A DNA stretch of 64,000 bases from Ignavibacteriota bacterium. Its GTDB lineage: Bacteria > Bacteroidota > Ignavibacteria > Palsa-1295. Positions 1-9,260 of the stretch are shown here, in pieces. Under the pieces are notes generated by a model, which ran no database searches, was not told the DNA's origin, and worked only from the letters and a program-made list of their open reading frames with translations. The stretch's first letter is position 1. Every line of letters begins with the position of its first letter. Made by a program: the position numbers and the translations under genes. The stretch spans positions 32,001 to 96,000 of the forward strand of contig CAWBEI010000004.1 of NCBI GenBank assembly GCA_963787835.1, given 5' to 3'.

Positions 1-2
1 GC

Positions 3-564
3 GCTAATGAAATCCTTACGTTCACGGACGCAGGGGTTTCGGGTTCAACTGAGATAGCCAACAGGCCGGGACTCGCTGAGGCTCTTGCCGTAGTTAAGCG
101 TGGGGACGTTGTGATCGTCGCAAAACGTGACCGTGTTGCCCGTGATATGTTCCTCTCTCTCTGTTGAGCGATTGATTAAGACGCGCAAGGCTACGTTCGT
201 AAGCGTTGCAGGTGAAGGCTCCACGAATGATGTGTCCGGCCTTGTGCAACGACGAATGTTTGACCTGTTCGCAGAGGTTGAGCGGGAAATGATTCGAAGC
301 CGCACTAAGCAAGCCTTGAGCGTGAAGAAGTCCCGCTCGGAACGCGTTGGCACAATCCCATTTGGTTACAAACTCGCCGCAGATAAAATCCATCTCGAAG
401 AAAGTCCGAAGGAGCAAAAGATCATAGCTCGCGTTCTATTGCTACGCAAAGCTGGACTCTCATTCCGTGAGGTAGTGGCAAGGCTGAACAAAGACCGCGT
501 TCCAACGCGCACCGGGAATCCGTGGCAACTGCCATCGGTGTTCAACATTGTAAAGTCTGCTTAG
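3..564 (+). CDS. Serine recombinase/resolvase, 5'-truncated by the window edge, frameshifted at a (CT)5 tract
   Basis: Frame 3 from position 3 reads FTDAGVSGSTEIANRPGLAEALAVVKRGDVVIVAKRDRVARD (resolvase catalytic-domain motifs) and stops at 165-167. The 127..564 frame continues with AEVEREMIRSRTKQAL and PFGY, ending in a recombinase/HTH-like domain. Confidence 0.85.
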
Positions 565-577
565 ATCATTCCCAAGT

Positions 578-802
578 ATGGCTCGTCTAACGATTTCTCA
601 GGAAGAGTATGATCGACTCTCGCTTCTCACGAAGGACGAACTTCTCGCCTTCATTCGTGAGCACCTATTGGCGAAGCGTTCAGGCCGGCCTGCAAAGCCT
701 AACCCTCTCACTCCGGCTGATCGCTCCAAGCGTTACCGCGAGAACAAACGCAAGTCGCGAGAGATCCAAAGCAAGAAGGCTTCCAAGAAGCATTTGGATT
801 AA
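578..802 (+). CDS. Small basic hypothetical protein, possibly DNA-binding
   Basis: 74 aa; GRP AT-hook-like motif followed by LTPADRSKRYR; directly downstream of the recombinase. Confidence 0.6.
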   Translation: MARLTISQEEYDRLSLLTKDELLAFIREHLLAKRSGRPAKPNPLTPADRSKRYRENKRKSREIQSKKASKKHLD

Positions 803-804
803 CG

Positions 805-3800
805 TTAGTCTGTGTTCGTCGCAAACTCCACTCTGTTAATCTCTTGCGCTTCCAGCGTACATACTCCAAAGCTCTCCGCAACTTTGCCAGTAACGCGCAA
901 TGCTTCCGCCGTAGAAAGCTCTGTGTAATACTTGTGATATTGCTCAGGCCAAACAACGGTGTCCATCATTCCTGAGTGATCGGAGAGGTTCAGCATCAGC
1001 ATACTCTCACCACGCTTCGTGGTAACTCGCTTTGTCGCTGCTATGGCTCCGAGAACCGTTACACGTTTACCAACATGCTTCGAAAAATCGGATGAAGAAA
1101 TTTCGGTTTTCGGACATCGAGTGAGAAAATCGCATGGATGATTGGTGACGGAGTAACCGAAGGTGCTTCGCTCCAATCGAAATTGGTATAGTGGATCATA
1201 GTCGCTCAAATGCGAGAGGGAGAAGTGCGAGAGATCATCCGTAAATCCCAACCCCGGTTGTCCTATAAGTTTCTGAGAGTGGGAGGTTCCCAGCATTGCA
1301 GCACGAAATCTAACAAGCGTTTCGACACGCCGAAGGCCGAAAGAGTCACATGCTCCGAGCGTGATAAGGAGTGCGCCGTCCTCCATCGTCACCCCGCTAC
1401 GAATTGCGAAGTCCTCGATGGAAGTAAATGGAGATTCCTCCCGCGACGATAGCAAGCGTTCGACGGAATTGCTGGACAAGCTCTTGAAAGATAGGAACCC
1501 TAATTGGATTGCATTGTCATCGTCAACAGTATGCTCAAAAGAACTCAGATTCACGTCGGGGAGCTTTGCTGTTATCCCAAGCAACCGGGCTTCGTTCAGA
1601 TATTCTTGGTGACGATAGAAACCGCCCTGATTATTCAGCACCGAACAAAGAAACTCAGCAGGATAATAAACTTTCAGCCATGCTTCCTGAAATGAAAGCA
1701 CGGCATAACTCGCTGAATGTGCTTTGCAGAATGAGTAGCCGGAGAACGATACTATTTGCCTCCAAATCTCTCCGGCAACCTTGTCCGATACCCCTTTCGA
1801 TTTGCAACCTTGAAAGAACCTGCCTTCAAGATCAGTCATGCGTTCGTGAGAGCGAGTCTTTCCACTCATTGCACGGCGCATTAGATCGGCTTCCCCGTAA
1901 GTGAGTCCCGCGACTTCGTGCGCGACGGTTAGCACGTCCTCCTGGTACACCATAACGCCGTATGTCTCAGGCATTAGCTTGGCAAGAAGAGGATCGGCGT
2001 TCTTGCGACGTGCGGGGTTACGGTGACGGGCAATGAACTCTTGCATCATTCCACTTTGAGCCACACCCGGACGAATCACTGAGGAAGCGGCAGTGAGATT
2101 TTCGAACGTGTCAGTTCGGAGCTTTCTCAAAAGTCCAATCATTGCAGGACTCTCGATATAAAAGCATCCTCTCGTTTTGCCATTCCGAATAAGTGCCCTT
2201 GTTTGTTCATCGTTAATTGCAATGTTTTCATCCTCCACCGGGGGACGTTTACCAGTGCGCTTCTCAACCATTCGCATCGTGTCCCAATACGTGCCAAGTC
2301 CGCGTGTTGCGAGAATATCAATTTTGGGAAGTTTCCAATCGTCAGCAGTGTACATATCTTGCTGAGTGATCGGCAACCCGCTTGGAGTCATTTGAACAGG
2401 GGTGTAATGCGATAGGGACTTGTCCGCAACAAGCAGCCCTCCGGCGTGCATGTTCAGGTTTCGCGGGAACCCCTCAATTCGTGCGGCGCAAAGCATCCAT
2501 TGTCTAATATCTTCGAGCTTGCTCTGTTCATCCTTCGAACGAGAGACGGCCTTGCCAGTCGCGTGTGCGCTTCGAACGTGTGCCTGTTGCTCATTTATCT
2601 CAGCATCCGTAAATCCAAATGCCTTTCCCGTCTCACGAATCGCTCCCTTCCCGCGATAACACTGCACGGTGCAAAGCATGGCAGCGCGGTCTTTGCCGAA
2701 TTTGTCAATCATGTAGTGAATGACTTCGTACCGATCCTTCCAAATAAAATCTATATCGAAGTCAGGGGGCATGGAGCGTTCGGGATTCAGGAACCGCTCG
2801 AATCTAAGTTTATTCTTTATAGGATCAACGTTCGATATTTCGAGACAATATGCAATGAGGGAGTTCGCACCGGAGCCGCGTCCCAAGTGTGGAAGGTTCT
2901 TGCTCTTTTCAAATCGAATCATATCCCAAACAGAGAGATAGTAGTCTGTTGCGCGGAGTTCATTGATTGTAGTTAACTCGAATTCGAAACGTGTATAGTG
3001 TTCGTCGGTAGGGTGAGGGAATCGCTTTTTGAATCCTTCCTCAGCAAGCACCCGGAGAAATGCCTGAGAATCGTCAACAGGATAATTGGTGAACTTCGAA
3101 TGGGAAAAATCAAGCTCGATGTTGCACGAATCGGCAATCTTCTGAGCATTCAGGAAAGCATCCTCTCCGATTCCTGAGAGGAGTGTTCGGAGTTCGTGTT
3201 CGGAAGTAAAGTGCTGGCTCTCCGCCCCAACTTCCCATGCCGGGACTGTCGTTATCGTCGTATTTGTACCGATCGCTCGAAGGAGTGAGTGCAGTCCATG
3301 CTCTTCGCTCTTCTCAAAGAGAATATCATTCGTCGCAACGCACGGCAACCCAAACCGACGATAGATATTTCGAAGGGATTTCCAGTCCTTCCTTGTGTGG
3401 GATGTTAGCTCGATGAAGAGATTCGGGGTTCTCACCAAAGGGGCAAGTTGTTCGAGAAGAGAAATACTTGATGATAGTATTACAACATTCTCAGATAGTT
3501 CACTGAGGAAAGGCGCGAGTGGCTTGTATTCCGTCTCTTCTTCGATGATCTCAGCTTTTCCCGGCTCTTCACTTTCGAGTGTGAACTTCGGCTTTATTTG
3601 CGGAATGGCTTCCAGCACCGCAGTTACCGTATCGCATAACTCTTTGTAACCATTTGCATTTCGAGCAATGAGAGTGGCAGTCTCAAACCGTGTCCTTAGC
3701 TCCACTCCGATGATCGGTTTGATACCCCGCTTCTTGGCAGCGATATAGAATTCTACTGCCCCGGTCAGATTGTTCGTGTCAGTCTGGGAAATGGCAGTCA

Positions 3801-3894
3801 TTCCCACTTTTGCGGCAAGCTCCACAAGCCGTTCTGGTGGAATCGTCCCGCGACTGAATGAGTAAAATGAGTGCGCGTGTAAATGTGTAAGCAT
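805..3894 (-). CDS. dnaE2: Error-prone DNA polymerase III alpha subunit (DnaE2-type)
   Basis: PHP motif HLHAHSFYS, GRGSGANS, PPDFDIDF, KIDIL, YSFCKAHS, C-terminal OB fold; in an operon with dinB. Start placed at ATG 3894. Confidence 0.92.
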   Translation of the reverse strand: MLTHLHAHSFYSFSRGTIPPERLVELAAKVGMTAISQTDTNNLTGAVEFYIAAKKRGIKPIIGVELRTRFETATLIARNANGYKELCDTVTAVLEAIPQIKPKFTLESEEPGKAEIIEEETEYKPLAPFLSELSENVVILSSSISLLEQLAPLVRTPNLFIELTSHTRKDWKSLRNIYRRFGLPCVATNDILFEKSEEHGLHSLLRAIGTNTTITTVPAWEVGAESQHFTSEHELRTLLSGIGEDAFLNAQKIADSCNIELDFSHSKFTNYPVDDSQAFLRVLAEEGFKKRFPHPTDEHYTRFEFELTTINELRATDYYLSVWDMIRFEKSKNLPHLGRGSGANSLIAYCLEISNVDPIKNKLRFERFLNPERSMPPDFDIDFIWKDRYEVIHYMIDKFGKDRAAMLCTVQCYRGKGAIRETGKAFGFTDAEINEQQAHVRSAHATGKAVSRSKDEQSKLEDIRQWMLCAARIEGFPRNLNMHAGGLLVADKSLSHYTPVQMTPSGLPITQQDMYTADDWKLPKIDILATRGLGTYWDTMRMVEKRTGKRPPVEDENIAINDEQTRALIRNGKTRGCFYIESPAMIGLLRKLRTDTFENLTAASSVIRPGVAQSGMMQEFIARHRNPARRKNADPLLAKLMPETYGVMVYQEDVLTVAHEVAGLTYGEADLMRRAMSGKTRSHERMTDLEGRFFQGCKSKGVSDKVAGEIWRQIVSFSGYSFCKAHSASYAVLSFQEAWLKVYYPAEFLCSVLNNQGGFYRHQEYLNEARLLGITAKLPDVNLSSFEHTVDDDNAIQLGFLSFKSLSSNSVERLLSSREESPFTSIEDFAIRSGVTMEDGALLITLGACDSFGLRRVETLVRFRAAMLGTSHSQKLIGQPGLGFTDDLSHFSLSHLSDYDPLYQFRLERSTFGYSVTNHPCDFLTRCPKTEISSSDFSKHVGKRVTVLGAIAATKRVTTKRGESMLMLNLSDHSGMMDTVVWPEQYHKYYTELSTAEALRVTGKVAESFGVCTLEAQEINRVEFATNTD

Positions 3895-3896
3895 GG

Positions 3897-4598
3897 CTAT
3901 TTTGAAATGATGGATGTTAAAGTGATCGCTGTTTCGAGTGCCGAATGAGCTGGGTGCGTCGCGACAATGACTGTTACACAATCGGCTTCTTCCCTCAGTG
4001 TGCAAATTCTTTTGGCAATGGGAGAAAGCTCCGCACTGCTATACTCATACATAAACCGCTCGTTCGGATGATGTTCGAACCAAGTGCGCTTGTTTCTGCC
4101 GAGAAGCCGGAGCAATGAATGCTTCCCGTTTGAAGGCATTTCCCTTATGATTCCCGGCAGTGCAGGAGTGTCATGCTGAACGATGAGACTCTTCGCTCCA
4201 CGCAACACCTCCTTGCCATGTGACCATGAATGATGTTCAAATTCTAAAAAGCACCTGAGCGGGTACAGGGATTCAACAATCTCCTGCAACTTGTCAAGCT
4301 GCTTCGGGTCGTATTCACAGGATCGTTCTAATGATAGAATGAGCGTGTCCCGAATAGGATCGAGAGCATTAACGAACAAGGGCCAGGACGAATGAAGAAA
4401 GTATTTCTGTTCGGATTCAAAATCGCTAATCGTCACGCGCCACACCGGGCGAGCAATAGTCAGTTGAACTTTGTTGACGATACTTAGTTCCGGCAATCCA
4501 TGAACGCTGAATGAAAATTCGAGCGTTGGGAAACGCGACACTGAGCCGGTTCCAAACAGGCCGTGCCCATCTACTCCGATGAAGATACTATCTTTCAT
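3897..4598 (-). CDS. Divergent DUF72-like protein
   Basis: LEFEHHSW, RLLGRN and YEYSSAEL resemble DUF72 motifs (VEFRHxSW, RLHGRN, YxYSxxEL), while the N-terminus is degenerate. Start overlaps the dinB stop (ATGA). Confidence 0.7.
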   Translation of the reverse strand: MKDSIFIGVDGHGLFGTGSVSRFPTLEFSFSVHGLPELSIVNKVQLTIARPVWRVTISDFESEQKYFLHSSWPLFVNALDPIRDTLILSLERSCEYDPKQLDKLQEIVESLYPLRCFLEFEHHSWSHGKEVLRGAKSLIVQHDTPALPGIIREMPSNGKHSLLRLLGRNKRTWFEHHPNERFMYEYSSAELSPIAKRICTLREEADCVTVIVATHPAHSALETAITLTSIISK

Positions 4599-5758
4599 GC
4601 CGCGATTGCACTTGCAAATCCTACCATTCGTTTTCCATATTTATCCCGTATCGAATCAATCGCACTATAAAGTGGATCGGCTGCTTTCTCTTCCTGAAAA
4701 AGATATTGCTGTTCCAAGTCTTCGAGGAGCGTGTTCGCTTCAAGCCCTAAGAGCCGAATTCGCATCCGGCGTGTCCACAACGCCTCGAAGAGTTTTGAAG
4801 CCAGCCTATAAATCTCTTGGTCTTTATTGGTCCAAGAACAGGTGAGTGTTTTCGTGAAGGTGGAGAAATCGGAATAGCGGAGCATGAGCGTGAGTTTTTT
4901 CGTAAGTAGCTTTGCACTCCGAAGATCGCTGGCAAGTTGAGAGGAGAGTGTAAGAAGTTCAGAATACAGTTTGTCTTGCTCCATCAGATCCTCTCCAAAT
5001 GTCTTGCTTCTGGAATAACTTTTTTGCTCTCTTGTGGGAAGTACCAGAGAGTGATCTATACCCTGAGCGCGTTCGTGCAGATTGCTTCCTGCTTTCTGTC
5101 CGAAGAAACGAGAGAGGATCGGCACCGGGGTTTGAGCAAGTTGACCGATACGCTGCACTCCAAGCCTCGTTAGCTTTATTTCGTTGACCTCTCCGACACC
5201 CGGCAGTGCTCGAATGTTGAGCGGCGAAAGGAATACTGCTTCACCGCCAGCGGCAACTTTGAAGTGCCGTGCCTCTCCCTTCTTGGCAAATTCGGTGGTT
5301 GCCACTTTTGCAATCAGCTTGTTCGAGGCCAAACCACAAGAGAGAGGCAGGTTCGTCTCTCCGCTTACTTCCTTTCGGATAGCTTGTGCCCAGCGATAGG
5401 TGTCACCCTTTAGCGATTCCGTGCGGGAAAGATCGAGATAGAATTCATCCACGCTTGCCGTTTGGCAGATAGGAGCAAGCTCTGTGAGCATTTCACGAAC
5501 GAGCTTCGAATACTCGGCATAGTAAATATAACTGCCATTTAGAAAGGCTGCGTCAGGGCAAAGCCGGTATGCCCTCCTAATCGGCATTGCGGAGTGTACT
5601 CCGAAGGCTCTTGCTTCGTAGCTACACCCAGCGACAACGCCGCGCCCGAAAGGATTGCCCCCGACGATCACGGGCCTGTTATTCAGCGCCGGGTCAAGAA
5701 GCCGCTCCACAGAGACGAAGAAGGTATCAAGGTCAAGATGTACAATTTGATTTTCCAT
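4595..5758 (-). CDS. dinB: DNA polymerase IV (Y family)
   Basis: HLDLDTFFVSVE, SYEARAFGV, SVDEFYLD, NKLIAKVA, LPGVG; clamp-like QQYLF; C-terminal IDSIRDKYG. Confidence 0.93.
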   Translation of the reverse strand: MENQIVHLDLDTFFVSVERLLDPALNNRPVIVGGNPFGRGVVAGCSYEARAFGVHSAMPIRRAYRLCPDAAFLNGSYIYYAEYSKLVREMLTELAPICQTASVDEFYLDLSRTESLKGDTYRWAQAIRKEVSGETNLPLSCGLASNKLIAKVATTEFAKKGEARHFKVAAGGEAVFLSPLNIRALPGVGEVNEIKLTRLGVQRIGQLAQTPVPILSRFFGQKAGSNLHERAQGIDHSLVLPTREQKSYSRSKTFGEDLMEQDKLYSELLTLSSQLASDLRSAKLLTKKLTLMLRYSDFSTFTKTLTCSWTNKDQEIYRLASKLFEALWTRRMRIRLLGLEANTLLEDLEQQYLFQEEKAADPLYSAIDSIRDKYGKRMVGFASAIAA

Positions 5759-5763
5759 GCGCA

Positions 5764-5808
5764 ATAGGTGCCTATCACCACAAGAAGGGCAACAATATGA
5801 GCACCTAT
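5764..5808. promoter_or_regulatory. Paired palindromic operator-like sites upstream of dinB
   Basis: ATAGGTGCCTAT at 5764-5775 and ATGAGCACCTAT at 5797-5808; the latter overlaps a candidate minus-strand -10 (CATATT, 5794-5799). Confidence 0.6.
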
Positions 5809-5891
5809 CGCTGGTTCCGCTCGAAAAAAAGTGAGTGAGAAAACGGGTGCCTGGGGGAGAATGAAATTGAACGAGCGTTGTTTTCTATATT

Positions 5892-6842
5892 ATGGAATTT
5901 TCAGTGGAAAGCACCGCTCCGAAATTAAAGGAGCTTGAAAAACAAGGCATTTATATCGGCACTTCTTCGTGGAAGTACGAGGGATGGATCGGACAGGTCT
6001 ATAATGCAGACTATTCCGGGCCGCGCTCGAAGGTACAAAAGAAGCGTTTTGAGTCAGAGTGCCTTTCCGAATTTGCAGACATTTTTCCAACAGTATGTTT
6101 TGACGGAGGATATTGGCGGTTCCCGGAGCCGAAACAACTTGCCAAATATGCCGAGCAAGTGCCGGTCGATTTCAGGTTCGCAATCAAAGTAACGAACTCG
6201 ATCACGGAGCGGCGAGATCATAGGGGCGTTCCAAATGCAGGATTTTTGGACTCGCAGCTTTATAGGGAACATTTCTTCGAACCAACAGTAAGCGCACTTG
6301 GCAAAAAACTTGGCCCTATTATTATCGAATTCTCCCCGTTCTTTTTTGGAAGACCTTACGGGCAATTAGATTATTCGCCACTTCAATTCGTCAAAGACCT
6401 CCACAAATTCTTATCGCTCATTCCAAAAACGGATACAATGCTTTCTGTGGAAGTGCGAGACCCCGAACTACTTTCATTCCCTCGATATTTCGATTGCCTG
6501 GAATATCATGGAGTCGCACACGTACTGAACGAGCAAACGCACATGCCGGAGTTATTGGAACAGCTTGAGATTCCCGGTATATTTCCCGCGTCGTTCAGTG
6601 TGATCCGTGCTCTCGTAAGGCCGGGTGTTAAGCATAACGCCGCAGTGGAAGAATTCGAACCGTACAATCGAACGCAGTTAGAGTTACCACAACTACGACA
6701 GGGTATCGCTGAGGCTGTCAAGCAATCCACGGCTTCAAATCGAGGGCTTTACACGTATATTAATAACCGCACCGAGGGCAATGCACCGAATACGATTGCA
6801 GGGGTGCTTGACTTGCTTTTTCCGGGGAAGAAACCCGTTTGA
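5892..6842 (+). CDS. DUF72 domain protein
   Basis: IGTSSWKYEGW, FRFAIKV, KLGPII, VEVRD, YINNR; divergent from dinB. Confidence 0.88.
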   Translation: MEFSVESTAPKLKELEKQGIYIGTSSWKYEGWIGQVYNADYSGPRSKVQKKRFESECLSEFADIFPTVCFDGGYWRFPEPKQLAKYAEQVPVDFRFAIKVTNSITERRDHRGVPNAGFLDSQLYREHFFEPTVSALGKKLGPIIIEFSPFFFGRPYGQLDYSPLQFVKDLHKFLSLIPKTDTMLSVEVRDPELLSFPRYFDCLEYHGVAHVLNEQTHMPELLEQLEIPGIFPASFSVIRALVRPGVKHNAAVEEFEPYNRTQLELPQLRQGIAEAVKQSTASNRGLYTYINNRTEGNAPNTIAGVLDLLFPGKKPV

Positions 6843-6855
6843 TTGCTTGGCTGAT

Positions 6856-7110
6856 ATGGAGAACAAAGAAACAGAAGAACTTGAAGGGAATCTCATCGGA
6901 GTCGAAGAAATGATCGAGGCAGCTTGGTGCGGCATCTATTGGGCACCACTCAAAGGTGAAGAAATGGAAACAGCACTTGCACGAATTGATTTGTGGCAGA
7001 AGGAAGCGGACAACATTGCGAGACACTTGGGATTAAACGCCTTGCTCGCACCTGCTGGAATTGCGGTTACTCCCATTTCTCATTTGAGTTCGGAGAATTT
7101 GAGCATTTAA
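6856..7110 (+). CDS. Hypothetical protein
   Basis: 84-aa ORF from ATG 6856, 14 nt after the DUF72 stop. Confidence 0.5.
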   Translation: MENKETEELEGNLIGVEEMIEAAWCGIYWAPLKGEEMETALARIDLWQKEADNIARHLGLNALLAPAGIAVTPISHLSSENLSI

Positions 7111-7263
7111 AAAAATCTTCGAAGGCCGAACTCCTTCACGTACTGTCCCGGTTTGGGGAACGACCGCTGATGTGAGGCCTAGGAAATGCCCTTAGAAGCA
7201 ATAGCGGCCTGCTTCGCAGCGAACGCATAAGAATCACTGACGATCACAACACCGGAAACCTAA

Positions 7264-7980
7264 GTGCCAACGAAGGGAACTACTACAAATGAACTGACCA
7301 AAACGGACGGTTCTAAGCCGAAGAATAAGAGACCCAGACTCATTTCTAAGCGTGAATTCAACCGATTGGAAATTCATGGGTCGAGGGCGGAGATACTTGC
7401 GAAGTTGCGAGAGTTTGTTAGTGATCGTGGCGGTCATAACAAGAAGGCGATTACAGAAGCTGATTATTGGAAAAAGATTTTTTCTTTGCGTAATGCTCCG
7501 TCTTATGAAAAGTGGCACATCGGAATAAGGACTGGCTCACCAAATTTTCAAATTTTCCTTAGCCCAGGCAAGAGCAATCCTGTTTCAACAACATTTGAGA
7601 TCGATGAGGAACTTCGTCCCCTCCCTTCTGATGAAGAGATTCGTGACAACCGGGAGTGGTGGAGGGCTTCTAAGCACGCCGCTAAAATCGAAGAAAAATT
7701 TCAACAAATGATACGGGAAAGAGAACTTCGTGAAAACCTATGGGGATCAGAGGGAGGGTTAGCTGCTAAACTCGCGTTGCTCGGCCAGATTATAGATCAC
7801 TCAGGATTTTCTGAGAAGGTTTTGGTATTCGAGCTTAGTTCAGAAATTGGTTTTTCAAGAATGGCCGAGATCATGGAGGCATACTGCCAGCTTTCACCCG
7901 ACGAGATAGAAAAGAGGCTTGAAGAATACCTCCCCTCTCTCTTAGAGGAGGTCGAACGCAGGCGTAAGGGAGGATTCTAA
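7264..7980 (+). CDS. Hypothetical protein with RGGHNKK motif
   Basis: 238-aa ORF; the N-terminal segment resembles the 578..802 protein. Confidence 0.6.
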   Translation: MPTKGTTTNELTKTDGSKPKNKRPRLISKREFNRLEIHGSRAEILAKLREFVSDRGGHNKKAITEADYWKKIFSLRNAPSYEKWHIGIRTGSPNFQIFLSPGKSNPVSTTFEIDEELRPLPSDEEIRDNREWWRASKHAAKIEEKFQQMIRERELRENLWGSEGGLAAKLALLGQIIDHSGFSEKVLVFELSSEIGFSRMAEIMEAYCQLSPDEIEKRLEEYLPSLLEEVERRRKGGF

Positions 7981-8006
7981 ACGGAAAAGGAGCACTACGG
8001 GTCCCG

Positions 8007-8031
8007 ACATTTTGAAAAGTTTTCAAAATGT
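8007..8031. repeat. Perfect 25-bp palindrome
   Basis: ACATTTTGAAAA-G-TTTTCAAAATGT. Confidence 0.9.
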
Positions 8032-8327
8032 TGTAGGACTTTGATGGATGAATTACCTCAACGAAAGAAAACCGGTCTGAAATAGGTCAATCAAAAGTCA
8101 ATCACTTTTTTGCATTCAAACGCCAAAAAGAAACGTGAATGAAGCCTGTAATGTTGTCATTTCCGAATCCCAAATACACCGAAATCGAACGAAAGAACGA
8201 AGTGCCAACAAAGTTCATAATAGCGTTTTGAGGGCTTCTGTAGCGGATTTATAGGGGAAGGCACTCCCCTTCGGTGTAGCTATGGAGGCCCTCTCTGTCA
8301 TTCCAACAGATCGTTGGAGGGACTCCC

Positions 8328-8414
8328 GGAGAGGTGGCCGAGTGGCTGAAGGCAACGGTTTGCTAAACCGTCATAGGTTAACCCCTATCGCGAGTTCGAA
8401 TCTCGCCCTCTCCG
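8328..8414 (+). tRNA. tRNA-Ser(GCT)
   Basis: GGAGAGG/CCTCTCC acceptor, ACGGT-TTGCTAA-ACCGT anticodon arm, long variable arm, GTTCGAATC T-loop; CCA not encoded. Confidence 0.97.
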
Positions 8415-8480
8415 CATAGCTTTGAAGTGTTCACGTCATAAGTTAAAATGTTTTTTTGAAGTCTGGCAAGGTTATTCTGT

Positions 8481-8798
8481 ATGAAATCTACAGAAGAAGT
8501 ATATAATGATGTTGCTGCGGAGCTCGCCGAAAATGGTGCAGTGATCAGTCAGATGTTCGGAATGCCTGCACTCAAAATAAAGGGGAAGGCGTTCGCAGGA
8601 TTTTGGAACGATGTTATGATCTTCAAACTTAGCGGGGAATCACATAAAAAAGCACTCGAGGAACCGGGAGCAACACTCTTTGAACCAATGGCTGGCCGTA
8701 AAATGAAGGAATGGGTCCAGATACCTCTTTCCAATGCAAAAAAATGGAAGATGTTTGCCGAAGATGCTCGAGGGTATGTTTCGAAACTGAAAAAGTAA
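8481..8798 (+). CDS. TfoX N-terminal-like protein
   Basis: QMFGMPALKIKGKAFAG...FEPMAGRKMKEWV pattern. Confidence 0.75.
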   Translation: MKSTEEVYNDVAAELAENGAVISQMFGMPALKIKGKAFAGFWNDVMIFKLSGESHKKALEEPGATLFEPMAGRKMKEWVQIPLSNAKKWKMFAEDARGYVSKLKK

Positions 8799-9260
8799 AA
8801 GGAAATAGTCGTTCTAATTAGAAGTGGCAGTAGGGAACAGTTGTGCATGGATCGCCTTCCTGCGTTTGTCGCTCCAGGAACCATGCATTGCACTAACAAC
8901 ACCGATCAGTGAGTAGGACATGCCTGCAAGGGGGATGTAAGCAGGTGGCAGAGCAGTTGCAAGCGTTAGCGAGAGGACTCCCACGCCAGCGAAATCCCTC
9001 CCGAGCACCGAGTTTTTTTGAAGCTGCTTGTTTAGTGAACATGAGTGAGCATCCCAGAAAGCACTATCAGGCAAGAGGATAGTGTTGTCCTTCCAATGCG
9101 CAGACTGTTCGAGAAGTTTCAATCTCGTTTTTGAGCATAATGATCCAACGATGGTCGGAGGATGATCGAATTGTATTTGATTCAATAAAGTTTATGGAAG
9201 ATGCGTTGGTTTTTATGCTCAAAATTAAACTTTGTAGTCAGAACCATATAATAATAGATC

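Noticed and set aside
657-668. Operator-like GTGAGCACCTAT (also ATGCACACCTAT at 27174)
   Set aside because: Inside coding sequence, with mismatches and no associated -10 box; not counted as sites.
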